Positions 29,758-37,643 of a DNA stretch of 64,000 bases are shown here, piece after piece. The notes beneath the pieces were generated by a model. That model had not been told where the DNA came from. It worked only from the letters and a program-made list of their open reading frames with translations, and did not search any database. This stretch comes from an uncultured Acidobacteriota bacterium (GTDB taxonomy: Bacteria; Acidobacteriota; Thermoanaerobaculia; Gp7-AA8): positions 480,001-544,000 of the forward strand of contig CAWGHO010000003.1 in the NCBI GenBank assembly GCA_963822445.1. Reading direction: 5' to 3'. The first letter of the stretch is position 1. Each line of letters begins with the position of its first letter. The position numbers were made by a program, and so were the translations under genes.

Positions 29758-31604
29758 AATTCGTTCTCGAGGACGTCTCCGCCGCGGTGACGTCGCGGCT
29801 CTTCCCGACCGTGACGCTCTGGAACCGGCTGGAGGGACGTCCACGCGCCGACAAATTCGACCGCGCGCTCAAAGCAGAAGTACGTGACGCGCTCTGGATG
29901 CTGACCAGGCAGTGGCAGCTCGGCGAATTCGCCGGCGACGACGCCGGCTCGCCAATCGAGACGAAGGTGCACCTCACCTCCACGCGCCTGCGGAAGTACC
30001 AGCCGGACACGCACGCCATCGAGCCGTTCGACGACGACACGCCGCTGGAAGCGGACGTGGAGCGGCGGGCGATCTCGTTCGAACAGGGCGGACGTCCGGT
30101 CGCGCTCGACCTTCGTCTGCTCATGGGCAGGCACTGGCTCAAGCTTCTGCGCGCCGCGCTCGGCGTCGACCTGCGCGACGTGTTCGCCGGGAAGTATCCG
30201 ATCCACGAGCCCGATCCAACGCAGCAGCAGGATGCCATCTACTGCGCGCACGCCGAGGTGTGGAGCGTGTTCGACGCGGTGAGCGGACGGGCCGTCGACG
30301 GCGGTGCGCTCTACCAGGACATCGTCGACAATCCGCCGCGTCCCGCCTGGGGCGACATTCCGGAGGTCGCCGCCGATCCTGCGGTCGTCGATGGCGTGGC
30401 CAACGCGTTCCGGGCGTGGTTCGAGAAGCTCTTTTATCAGCCCGAACAGAACGACGCCTGGGTGCCGGAGCGGCTCGAGTACCGCTTCTCGGCCTCCGCA
30501 CCGGTGCAGGCCGACGGCAGCGAGAAGGTCTTCCTCGCCGACGAGTACTACCAGGGCCACCTCGACTGGTACTCCGTCGACATCGATCCCGACCGCGCCA
30601 GCCTCGGCCCGCTCGCGCCCGATCCCGCGCTGCCGAAGCCGGCAACGCTGGCGATGGTGCCGGTGCCGGTCAGCTTCAGCGGCATGCCGAACACGCGCTG
30701 GTGGACGTTCGAGGACGGGAAGACGAACTTCGGCGACGTGAAGCCGGAGACGACCGATCTGGCCAAACTGCTGTTGATCGAGTTCGGCCTCACGTTCGCG
30801 AACGACTGGTTCCTCATCCCGTTCACCGTCCCCGCCGGCTCGGTGGCGAAGGTGCAGGGGATCGCGGTGACGAACGTCTTCGGCGAGCGCACGTGGGTGG
30901 AGGCGGCCGGCCGCGGTCCGGACGACGACTGGCAACGCTGGGCGATGTTCGTCGTCAATACGCGCGGCGAGCAGGGAGAGCAAGCCGATACGTCGCTGTT
31001 GCTGATGCCGACCGCGCCGAAGGTGCAGGAAGGGCCGCGTCTGGAGGAGGTGATGCTCGCGCGGGACGAAGTCGCGAACATGGTCTGGGGCATCGAGCAG
31101 ACCATCCCGCTGCCGAGCGGGGAACCGAAACGGGGGCGGGAGGCGGCGCTCGAGCTGCGGGCCTTCCTCGAGCGCGACGTCACGCCGCAGGATCCGATTC
31201 CGTACGCGGGAGAAGCGCTGATCCGCTATCGCGTGATGAGCAGCGTGCCCGAGAACTGGATTCCGTTCGTGCCGGTGCACATGGACTCCGGCAACCGCGA
31301 GATCCAGCTCCAGCGCGCGGCCATGCCGCGGGTCATCGTCGGCAACCCGCCGCCGCCCATCCGCAAGATCCGCCCGCGCACGTCGCTCCTGCGCCCAGGT
31401 CTCGATGACAGTCCCCAGCAACCGTACTTCCTGCACGAAGAGGAAGTGCTCCGCGCGGGCACCGTCGTCACGCAGAGCTTCCAGCGCACCCGCTGGCGCG
31501 ACGGCCGCGCCTGGGTGTGGCTGGGCGTCCGTAAGAAAACGGGGAGGGGCGAGACGTCGAGCGGCCTGGCGTTCGACAGGATCGTGACGAAGCCGCAACC
31601 GTGA
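29754..31604 (+). CDS. Hypothetical protein (616 aa); operon gene 5
   Basis: ATGA-coupled to gene 4. Motif-like segments RLEGRPR, DALWMLTRQWQLGEFAGDDAGSP, GMPNTRWWTFED, NDWFLIP, RDEVANMVWGIE and SSGLAFD. Confidence 0.9.
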   Translation: MKFVLEDVSAAVTSRLFPTVTLWNRLEGRPRADKFDRALKAEVRDALWMLTRQWQLGEFAGDDAGSPIETKVHLTSTRLRKYQPDTHAIEPFDDDTPLEADVERRAISFEQGGRPVALDLRLLMGRHWLKLLRAALGVDLRDVFAGKYPIHEPDPTQQQDAIYCAHAEVWSVFDAVSGRAVDGGALYQDIVDNPPRPAWGDIPEVAADPAVVDGVANAFRAWFEKLFYQPEQNDAWVPERLEYRFSASAPVQADGSEKVFLADEYYQGHLDWYSVDIDPDRASLGPLAPDPALPKPATLAMVPVPVSFSGMPNTRWWTFEDGKTNFGDVKPETTDLAKLLLIEFGLTFANDWFLIPFTVPAGSVAKVQGIAVTNVFGERTWVEAAGRGPDDDWQRWAMFVVNTRGEQGEQADTSLLLMPTAPKVQEGPRLEEVMLARDEVANMVWGIEQTIPLPSGEPKRGREAALELRAFLERDVTPQDPIPYAGEALIRYRVMSSVPENWIPFVPVHMDSGNREIQLQRAAMPRVIVGNPPPPIRKIRPRTSLLRPGLDDSPQQPYFLHEEEVLRAGTVVTQSFQRTRWRDGRAWVWLGVRKKTGRGETSSGLAFDRIVTKPQP

Positions 31605-31753
31605 GGGAGCACGGGGCCGAGCCCTGTCCCGCTGCGCGTTTGGGCGGGGCGGTTCTTCACATCACGCCGGCTGGCTTTGTGGCGCGTGGTAGCCCTTTTT
31701 CCGTGGAACGTTCGCGCCGAAACGTGAACGGGGCGCCTTTCATCGATTCAGAT

Positions 31754-31800
31754 TGGCCGGGCCATCGGACTCGAACCCGCAACGTCCGGGCGTGACGGCG
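31754..31800 (-). pseudogene. Degenerate 3' half of tRNA-Asp(GTC), possible att-site scar
   Basis: The minus strand reads ..GCC-GTC-ACGCCCGGACGTTGCGGGTTCGAGTCCGATGGCCCGGCCA: anticodon GTC, T-loop GGTTCGAGTCC and a CCA end. The D-arm and 5' half are missing. Confidence 0.6.
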
Positions 31801-31969
31801 TGCCCGGCCAGTAAGAGAAAACACCGCGTACATCTGTGGATCGTCCGGGCTTCTGATCGCCTGGCACGCGGAACAATTAGCGATCTGCATGATGCGACCC
31901 CCGGATGGAGCCGGTAGGAGGGCAGAGGGTGGTTTCGTTGATGTGTTGGGGCGACGGAGAAGTCGCGGC

Positions 31970-34900
31970 TCACCGGCCGGCGCCATACAACTGCATCGCT
32001 GACCATGCAGCAAAGGTGTTGTAGCGCCGATCCGGCGATCGCATCATCTGCAGTTGAACGCGTCGCAACGCTTCGGCGGGTTCGACGCCAAGGCGCAGCG
32101 CGCGATGGAATGCGACGGAAAACTCACGGCCCGCAGCATCTTCCACGTCCCACAGCGATGCCACGACGTGCCTCGCCCCCGCCGCTAGGAATGCCGAAGA
32201 GAGGCTACGGCTGTACCCGTAGCCTTGGCTGGGCGTGGCTGTTCGGCAGCCCGCCGCGACGACGGTATCGAGATGCCGAAGATTCATTCCGGCGATTTCA
32301 CTCGCCGTCAGTGAATCGTCCGTACCGGTCGACGCGACCAGAATTCGGGAGTTGTCGGGACTCAAGGGATCAGAGACTGCATGGGTGGCGAGATGAGCGA
32401 CATCCACTTCCTGCAACGCCGCGGTGATTCTGCTCTTCGTCGCGTCCTCCGCTACCAGCAGCGTGGCTCGATCGTACAGCGCGGCAACGTCGTTCGCTTC
32501 GCGTTGGGCCGCCTCGAGCGACGGGTACGCGGAATACCGCATCCGGTCGATGGATGGATTTCCGACGCTCAGCAAGGCTTGCGCGCGCCGATCCAGCCGG
32601 AGCGGCGCGGCGGCGAATGCTCGAAGCGAGGGGATGATGGTGACGGTTGCGTCCTCGATCAGGAACCGTTCGTCGGGCCCGATGAGGGACGCGAAGGATA
32701 GACGGGCGAACCCGGGCGCGTCGACGACCACGAGGTTGTTGTGTCCTGCGATTGCCTCGTGGATGGGTCCGAGCAAGAGCGAGTAGAGCGTCCGGGCTTC
32801 CGCCCTAGCGCGCGGGTCCTCACCACTCCCTATCGCGTCGGCGAGTCGTTCGATAGAACGCTCCACCTGTCTCCAGGACACCAAATTCCCGACTCGTTGC
32901 ATGTCTCCCGTGGTGATCACATAGCGGACGGTTCGCTCCCGATAGAAACCGAATGCGAGCAGAACCGTTCCGGGCTTCACGAGGGCGGCGAGGTCGCGCG
33001 CACGGACCGGCTCGGACACGTCCCTGCCCTCTTCGCGATCGAGAAGAATTCGTGCGCGAGGGCGGTCTGCGACCGCAAGCGCGGCGTCGTACTCGCCACG
33101 GCTGTCGAGGAGGTCAGCCAGCGCCATGTATGCGTCGCTCGATTTTCCGAGAAACGTATCGCGGAAAACGTCTCGCTCGACGCGATCCCTCCGCTCTTCG
33201 ATCATCTGCACAGCGAGCCGGAGATCGCTCTCCGCTTCGGCGAACCGCTCGACCTTGCTCGCCAAGCCGGCACGGACCACCAGCACCTCGGGGACTCGTC
33301 TCAGGCGTCCCCGCTTCGTCGCCACGGCGAGGTAGTCGGTGAGCAGCGACCGCGCACGTTCCGGTGCCTGATCGCCGGTCAGCAGAGCATCTGTGAGACG
33401 GAGCTCATTCTCCGCTCCCTCTCGGAAATTCGCGTCCGCGATCGACGCCGCGGCCTGACGCGCGCGCTCGAGATCCGCTGCGATCGACGTCTTCAGCCCT
33501 GCGTTCTTCGCTGCGAGCGCACGCCAGATCGCCGCTTCGGCCAGACGCGTGTCGGCCCCGCCGCCCTCGAGTTCGAGATTGAGCAATGCGTGGGCAAGCT
33601 CCCAGCGACGTTCGCTGAGCGCGACGAACGCCGCCGCATGAAGCAACGATTGGATCACCCGGGTATCGCCATGACCACCCGCAGCAGCGAGCGAAGACCG
33701 AATGATCGGCCACGCTTCGTGCGGCCGGCCCAGACTCGTGAGTGCCGCCGCGATGCGGCCGGTCATCTCGACGGCGTTCGGAACGTCGCCGATGGCCATA
33801 AACGCCGCTTGAGCCGAACGTTGGGCGGCGAGTGCCTCCTCGAACCGGCCGTTGAACGACAGGATCGTCGCTCGGAGACGATTCATCTGTCCGTGAAGGA
33901 AGCGGAACCCTGCCGGTACCTCCGAAGAGAGGTCGTCGAGCAGAGTCAGGGCGCGGGCGTGATGTCCGACGTCGACCGCCGCGCTGGCGTAATAATGTCG
34001 GGCCAGAAGAGCCATCGGGCTCGACCGGAACGCGAACAGTGCCCCGGCCTTCTGGAACAGTTCGGCGGCTTCCACGGTTTGACGCGCGCCATTCAGCCGG
34101 CTTGCGTCGCGATAAAGCTGGTGCGCCGTGACGAGGGCAGCAAGTTTGGCCGGATCACTTGACGCGCGATCGATCGCGGCGACCGCACTCGCGAGCAGTC
34201 CTTCGCCTTTCGTACGGCGCAACGTGTCGCCCATGACCCGGCTGACCATGAGATGAGCGGCAGCACCCGCGGCATCGCCGCGGGAGGTCGCGATGGCCCA
34301 CTCCGCAAGGCACTCAGTCTCTGCCCAGCGGCGTGCATACTCGGGATGGCGCATCACAGCGTCGGTGATCGGCCCGAAGGTTCGGGCCGCCCCAGCCTGA
34401 GGGAGCGTTGTAACCACGCGTTCCCAGGCACTGGTTCTACTGCCCGCCGATTCGAGCGTCGCAAGGCGCCGCCGCGCCTCGGCAGCCCATGGGCTCGTCG
34501 TGTCAACGCCGAGGTAAGCCTCGTAGGCGGAACGTGCAAGAGCGTTGAGACCGAGGTCGTCGACAACCATCGCCCGGTTGAATCGTGCATGCGAGGGGAT
34601 TGCAGCGTCGGCGATTGCGCGGTCGGCGGCGGCGAGGGCCTCGATCAGCGTGGCATCGTCGCGGTCTAATCCCTTCGCTGCGAGAACGACCGCGAGGTCG
34701 TTCCAGTAAGCCGGGCTGCGACCGCGCTCGGGGATCGCGCGAAGGAGGCGCTCCGCCTCGGCCGTGTTTCCGACGACGAAGGCCGCGACGGCTTTTTGAT
34801 GGTCGTTAGTATCCGGTGAAGCGATGACGGCGTATCCGGTCGCTTTGATCTCGAGCGATTGCCCTGGCACAACGACCAGCGCTGAACGTGTGACGAGGTG

Positions 34901-35074
34901 CCGCGCCGGCTCGGTCTTGAGGATCGCCAAGCGGCCGGCCGGGAGAGCATGTTGGCGTCTAACGGAGCGCTGCAGCGCCCGCCACGGATCACGTTCCGCC
35001 GCCACGAAGACTACGACCGCGGCGGTCAGGACCGCCACGGTCGCTACGCCGAGAGCTGTACGAAACCGGAACAA
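31970..35074 (-). CDS. TPR-CHAT (caspase-like) protease with N-terminal signal/TM anchor
   Basis: Hydrophobic N-terminus, TPR helices, and a CHAT domain with VAHLATHA (His), VVAAGCRT (Cys), AFLAAGARHVVASLWDVED and PAEALRRVQ. Confidence 0.9.
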   Translation of the reverse strand: MFRFRTALGVATVAVLTAAVVVFVAAERDPWRALQRSVRRQHALPAGRLAILKTEPARHLVTRSALVVVPGQSLEIKATGYAVIASPDTNDHQKAVAAFVVGNTAEAERLLRAIPERGRSPAYWNDLAVVLAAKGLDRDDATLIEALAAADRAIADAAIPSHARFNRAMVVDDLGLNALARSAYEAYLGVDTTSPWAAEARRRLATLESAGSRTSAWERVVTTLPQAGAARTFGPITDAVMRHPEYARRWAETECLAEWAIATSRGDAAGAAAHLMVSRVMGDTLRRTKGEGLLASAVAAIDRASSDPAKLAALVTAHQLYRDASRLNGARQTVEAAELFQKAGALFAFRSSPMALLARHYYASAAVDVGHHARALTLLDDLSSEVPAGFRFLHGQMNRLRATILSFNGRFEEALAAQRSAQAAFMAIGDVPNAVEMTGRIAAALTSLGRPHEAWPIIRSSLAAAGGHGDTRVIQSLLHAAAFVALSERRWELAHALLNLELEGGGADTRLAEAAIWRALAAKNAGLKTSIAADLERARQAAASIADANFREGAENELRLTDALLTGDQAPERARSLLTDYLAVATKRGRLRRVPEVLVVRAGLASKVERFAEAESDLRLAVQMIEERRDRVERDVFRDTFLGKSSDAYMALADLLDSRGEYDAALAVADRPRARILLDREEGRDVSEPVRARDLAALVKPGTVLLAFGFYRERTVRYVITTGDMQRVGNLVSWRQVERSIERLADAIGSGEDPRARAEARTLYSLLLGPIHEAIAGHNNLVVVDAPGFARLSFASLIGPDERFLIEDATVTIIPSLRAFAAAPLRLDRRAQALLSVGNPSIDRMRYSAYPSLEAAQREANDVAALYDRATLLVAEDATKSRITAALQEVDVAHLATHAVSDPLSPDNSRILVASTGTDDSLTASEIAGMNLRHLDTVVAAGCRTATPSQGYGYSRSLSSAFLAAGARHVVASLWDVEDAAGREFSVAFHRALRLGVEPAEALRRVQLQMMRSPDRRYNTFAAWSAMQLYGAGR

Positions 35075-35084
35075 GTGGGGAGCT

Positions 35085-35879
35085 CTAGTTATAATGATCG
35101 ATCGTACAGTCGTCGCCGGGATCGGCCAGGAGTATGTCTGCGCGTGGCGGGAAGGGCCCGCACTTCTTCGGCTCCGTGCAGGGCAAATCGGTCACCGCCG
35201 GACGCACTTGGTGGTTCGCGCACTTACCGACGTAGATGTTGTAGGCCTTATCGAAATGCCGGGCCACGACGTGCGGCGGGCGATTGACCACCTTGATCTC
35301 AGGGACTGCGTCCGATCGTCCGCCGGCGACCTTGATCTCATGGGTCTCAACGACTTCTTTGCCGTTGTTGTCCAGAGACTTCTTCTTGTAGACGAGCGTG
35401 ACATGGTCGCCGCGGAGATCGGCTTCGTAGCGCATCCGGCAGATGGCGCACCGAGGCTCTCTTCCTTCGAAGGAAAGCATCTTCGGCAAGTACGCTTCCG
35501 GCATCACTCTGCCGCCGCGGAAATCTACATACGCTGCGAGCTCGCCCGGGACTACCTGTCGCTTCCTCACCTCTGGCCGAAGCTTGCACGTGGGCGCGAG
35601 CGAGCGCAATGACGGCGAGCCCTCCATGAATTCATCCTTCACGTCGGAGAAGATGCCGCGTGTCCCCCTCACCCGAATCGTCGCACCGGTGAGATCGATC
35701 TCGGCGTCCGATCCCTTCTTCTGTCTCACCACCCAGTCGTCGGGATTGATGATCGAATCGAAGGGTATTACCAGCGTCGGCTGGTGGTGTTCTGCCGCGA
35801 CCAGCACCGCGGTGTTGGCTAGCGACATCGGCTGGTTCACCTGCACGATGAGGCCGATGAAAATGATGATGATTTTCAT
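35085..35879 (-). CDS. Hypothetical Cys/His-containing protein directly upstream of the CHAT gene (264 aa)
   Basis: Strong GGAGG SD before ATG 35879 (MKIIIIFIGLIVQV). Contains HHQPTLVIP and RHFDKAY and a Cys-rich C-terminus; ends 10 nt before the CHAT start. Confidence 0.75.
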   Translation of the reverse strand: MKIIIIFIGLIVQVNQPMSLANTAVLVAAEHHQPTLVIPFDSIINPDDWVVRQKKGSDAEIDLTGATIRVRGTRGIFSDVKDEFMEGSPSLRSLAPTCKLRPEVRKRQVVPGELAAYVDFRGGRVMPEAYLPKMLSFEGREPRCAICRMRYEADLRGDHVTLVYKKKSLDNNGKEVVETHEIKVAGGRSDAVPEIKVVNRPPHVVARHFDKAYNIYVGKCANHQVRPAVTDLPCTEPKKCGPFPPRADILLADPGDDCTIDHYN

Positions 35880-35972
35880 CTCTTCCCTCCGACTGTGTGT
35901 TCTGTGTGCCACTAGTATAGAGGGCGTCGTTCCCCGTTTTTCCCGCCCGGCGAATCGAAGAAAACCGTCGTC

Positions 35973-37208
35973 GTGTCTCTCGAAAATGACATGGAATCAC
36001 GTGAACTGATCGTCTCGTTCCGCGCCGATACCGAAGGGACGCTGCTTTATCGCTCCGTTCCCGCTCCCGATTTCACTTTGGATGCGGTTGCCGCTCTCCT
36101 CAAACGATCCGGACTGGCGGAAGCGGCGTTCGTCAAGGCCGCGGCCCGAGTTCCGGAGCAGGACATCGAGCGCAAGTCGGCGCCGCTCACGAACGTGACC
36201 CCCTCGTGGCGAAGCCGGCAGGGGTATCTCGATGCCGCGCCCGGGGGCGTGCACACGAGTGCTCTCGCCGGTGTTGCCGGCGCCAAGGGGGCGCGCGTCC
36301 GCGTGTTCGATGCGGAGGAGGACTGGGAGACTGGACATATCGATCGGCCCATTGCCTTTTCATCAGTGGTGTTCGGACCCACGACGGCCGCTGCCGGTGC
36401 CGATCAGGACCATGGCACCGCGGTGATGGGAATCATCGCGGCGCGTGAGGATGCCGTTGGTGTGACCGGAATCGCACCCGACGCGACCGTGGGCCTGGTG
36501 CGGTTCGAGCCGAATTTTTCCAACTCGCACATGACGATCCAGAACGCTGTCGACACTCTGAAGATGAAGGGCGGCGACATTCTCGTTCTTCCGATCGACC
36601 GGAAGGGACCGCTCGGAAAACAGATCGCCATCGAGTGGTGGCCGGACGATTTCTCGGCCATAAAGTACGCGACAGGCAAAGGGGTGATCGTCGTCGAAGC
36701 GGCCGGGAACTCTGGCGAGAATCTTGACCTCACCGACTACGACACGCGCCTGCCGGGCTTCAGTCTCGGTTGGAGCAATCCCTTCAAGAGGGGCGCCATG
36801 GATTCCGGAGCGATCCTCGTGGGGGCCGGTGCGCCTCCTAATGGCGCTGATCCGGACCGCTCCCGGCATCGCGATTCGAACTATGGCACGTCTGTGGACG
36901 TTCAAGGATGGGGTGCCGACATCGTCACGACCGGCTACGGCGACCTTACCAAAGGCAGCGACACGACCAAGTTCTACGCTGCGAATTTCGGCAAGACGTC
37001 AGGCTCGACGGCGATGGTTGCCGGCGTTCTCGCGTGTGTTCAGGGCGCCCGCATCGCGGCAGGGCGAGCGCCCTGGACGCCCAGCGAGGCCCGCAACGCC
37101 CTTCGGACCACCGGTTCTCCTCAACAGGCTTCGACAACGTCTCCGCTCAGCGAACGGATCGGCAGCCGACCGAATCTCGCTCAGCTGCTCGCCCTCGCGC
37201 TTGCGTGA
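35973..37208 (+). CDS. S8 subtilisin-like serine peptidase (N-terminus possibly eroded)
   Basis: Asp (VFDAEEDW), His (DHGTAVMG), oxyanion Asn (EAAGNSG) and Ser (FGKTSGS). Confidence 0.85.
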   Translation: MSLENDMESRELIVSFRADTEGTLLYRSVPAPDFTLDAVAALLKRSGLAEAAFVKAAARVPEQDIERKSAPLTNVTPSWRSRQGYLDAAPGGVHTSALAGVAGAKGARVRVFDAEEDWETGHIDRPIAFSSVVFGPTTAAAGADQDHGTAVMGIIAAREDAVGVTGIAPDATVGLVRFEPNFSNSHMTIQNAVDTLKMKGGDILVLPIDRKGPLGKQIAIEWWPDDFSAIKYATGKGVIVVEAAGNSGENLDLTDYDTRLPGFSLGWSNPFKRGAMDSGAILVGAGAPPNGADPDRSRHRDSNYGTSVDVQGWGADIVTTGYGDLTKGSDTTKFYAANFGKTSGSTAMVAGVLACVQGARIAAGRAPWTPSEARNALRTTGSPQQASTTSPLSERIGSRPNLAQLLALALA

Positions 37209-37228
37209 CCGTGAGGTGGCGGAGCCGC

Positions 37229-37422
37229 TCACTCAGCGACCACGATCGCCAGCGATTCGTACCTCAAGCCAACCGCCACGCCGCGCCGGCGGCGCTTCCC
37301 CGATACTTCTCAACAGATCGAAGGCTGTAATCGTGACCTGCACTTGTTTCGGGTCGGTGTTGGCCGGGACCAGGTGCGTGACGTCGAACCGCTGCACGGG
37401 CCGAGCGTGATCGTGCTCCCCC
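37229..37422 (-). pseudogene. Frameshifted C-terminal gene remnant, possibly the C-terminal domain of a tyrosinase-like protein
   Basis: Reads GEHDHARPVQRFDVTHLVPANTDPKQVQVTITAFDLL, then LRYESLAIVVAE* in a shifted frame. An in-frame stop lies just upstream. The family guess is weak. Confidence 0.3.
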
Positions 37423-37464
37423 GAGCAGCCTCAGGTAGTTCTTGTTGAACCCGGAGCGTCGCGC

Positions 37465-37643
37465 GAGAAGGGGAAGAACACGCGAGCCTCAACATGCTCT
37501 TCGAGTGGGCCGACATCTTCCACGTCGAAGCCTCTGACCTGCTCCGCGAGCTGGAACAAGGTCGGAAGGAAGCGCGGGCTCGGCGCGCGTCAGCGATGCT
37601 GGCCGCGGCAGGCCTGACCCCGCCATCCTCTACACCGGCGTAA
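37465..37643 (+). pseudogene. C-terminal half of an XRE-family HTH regulator (remnant)
   Basis: EKGKN[fs]ASLNMLFEWADIFHVEASDLLREL resembles the XRE E.G...PSL..L..LA....V....L pattern. The N-terminal helices are missing and there is a 1-nt deletion at ~37481. Confidence 0.5.

Noticed and set aside
31754-31830. Functional tRNA-Asp gene
   Set aside because: No D-arm or 5' acceptor strand at the right spacing, and the T-stem and anticodon stem are disrupted.
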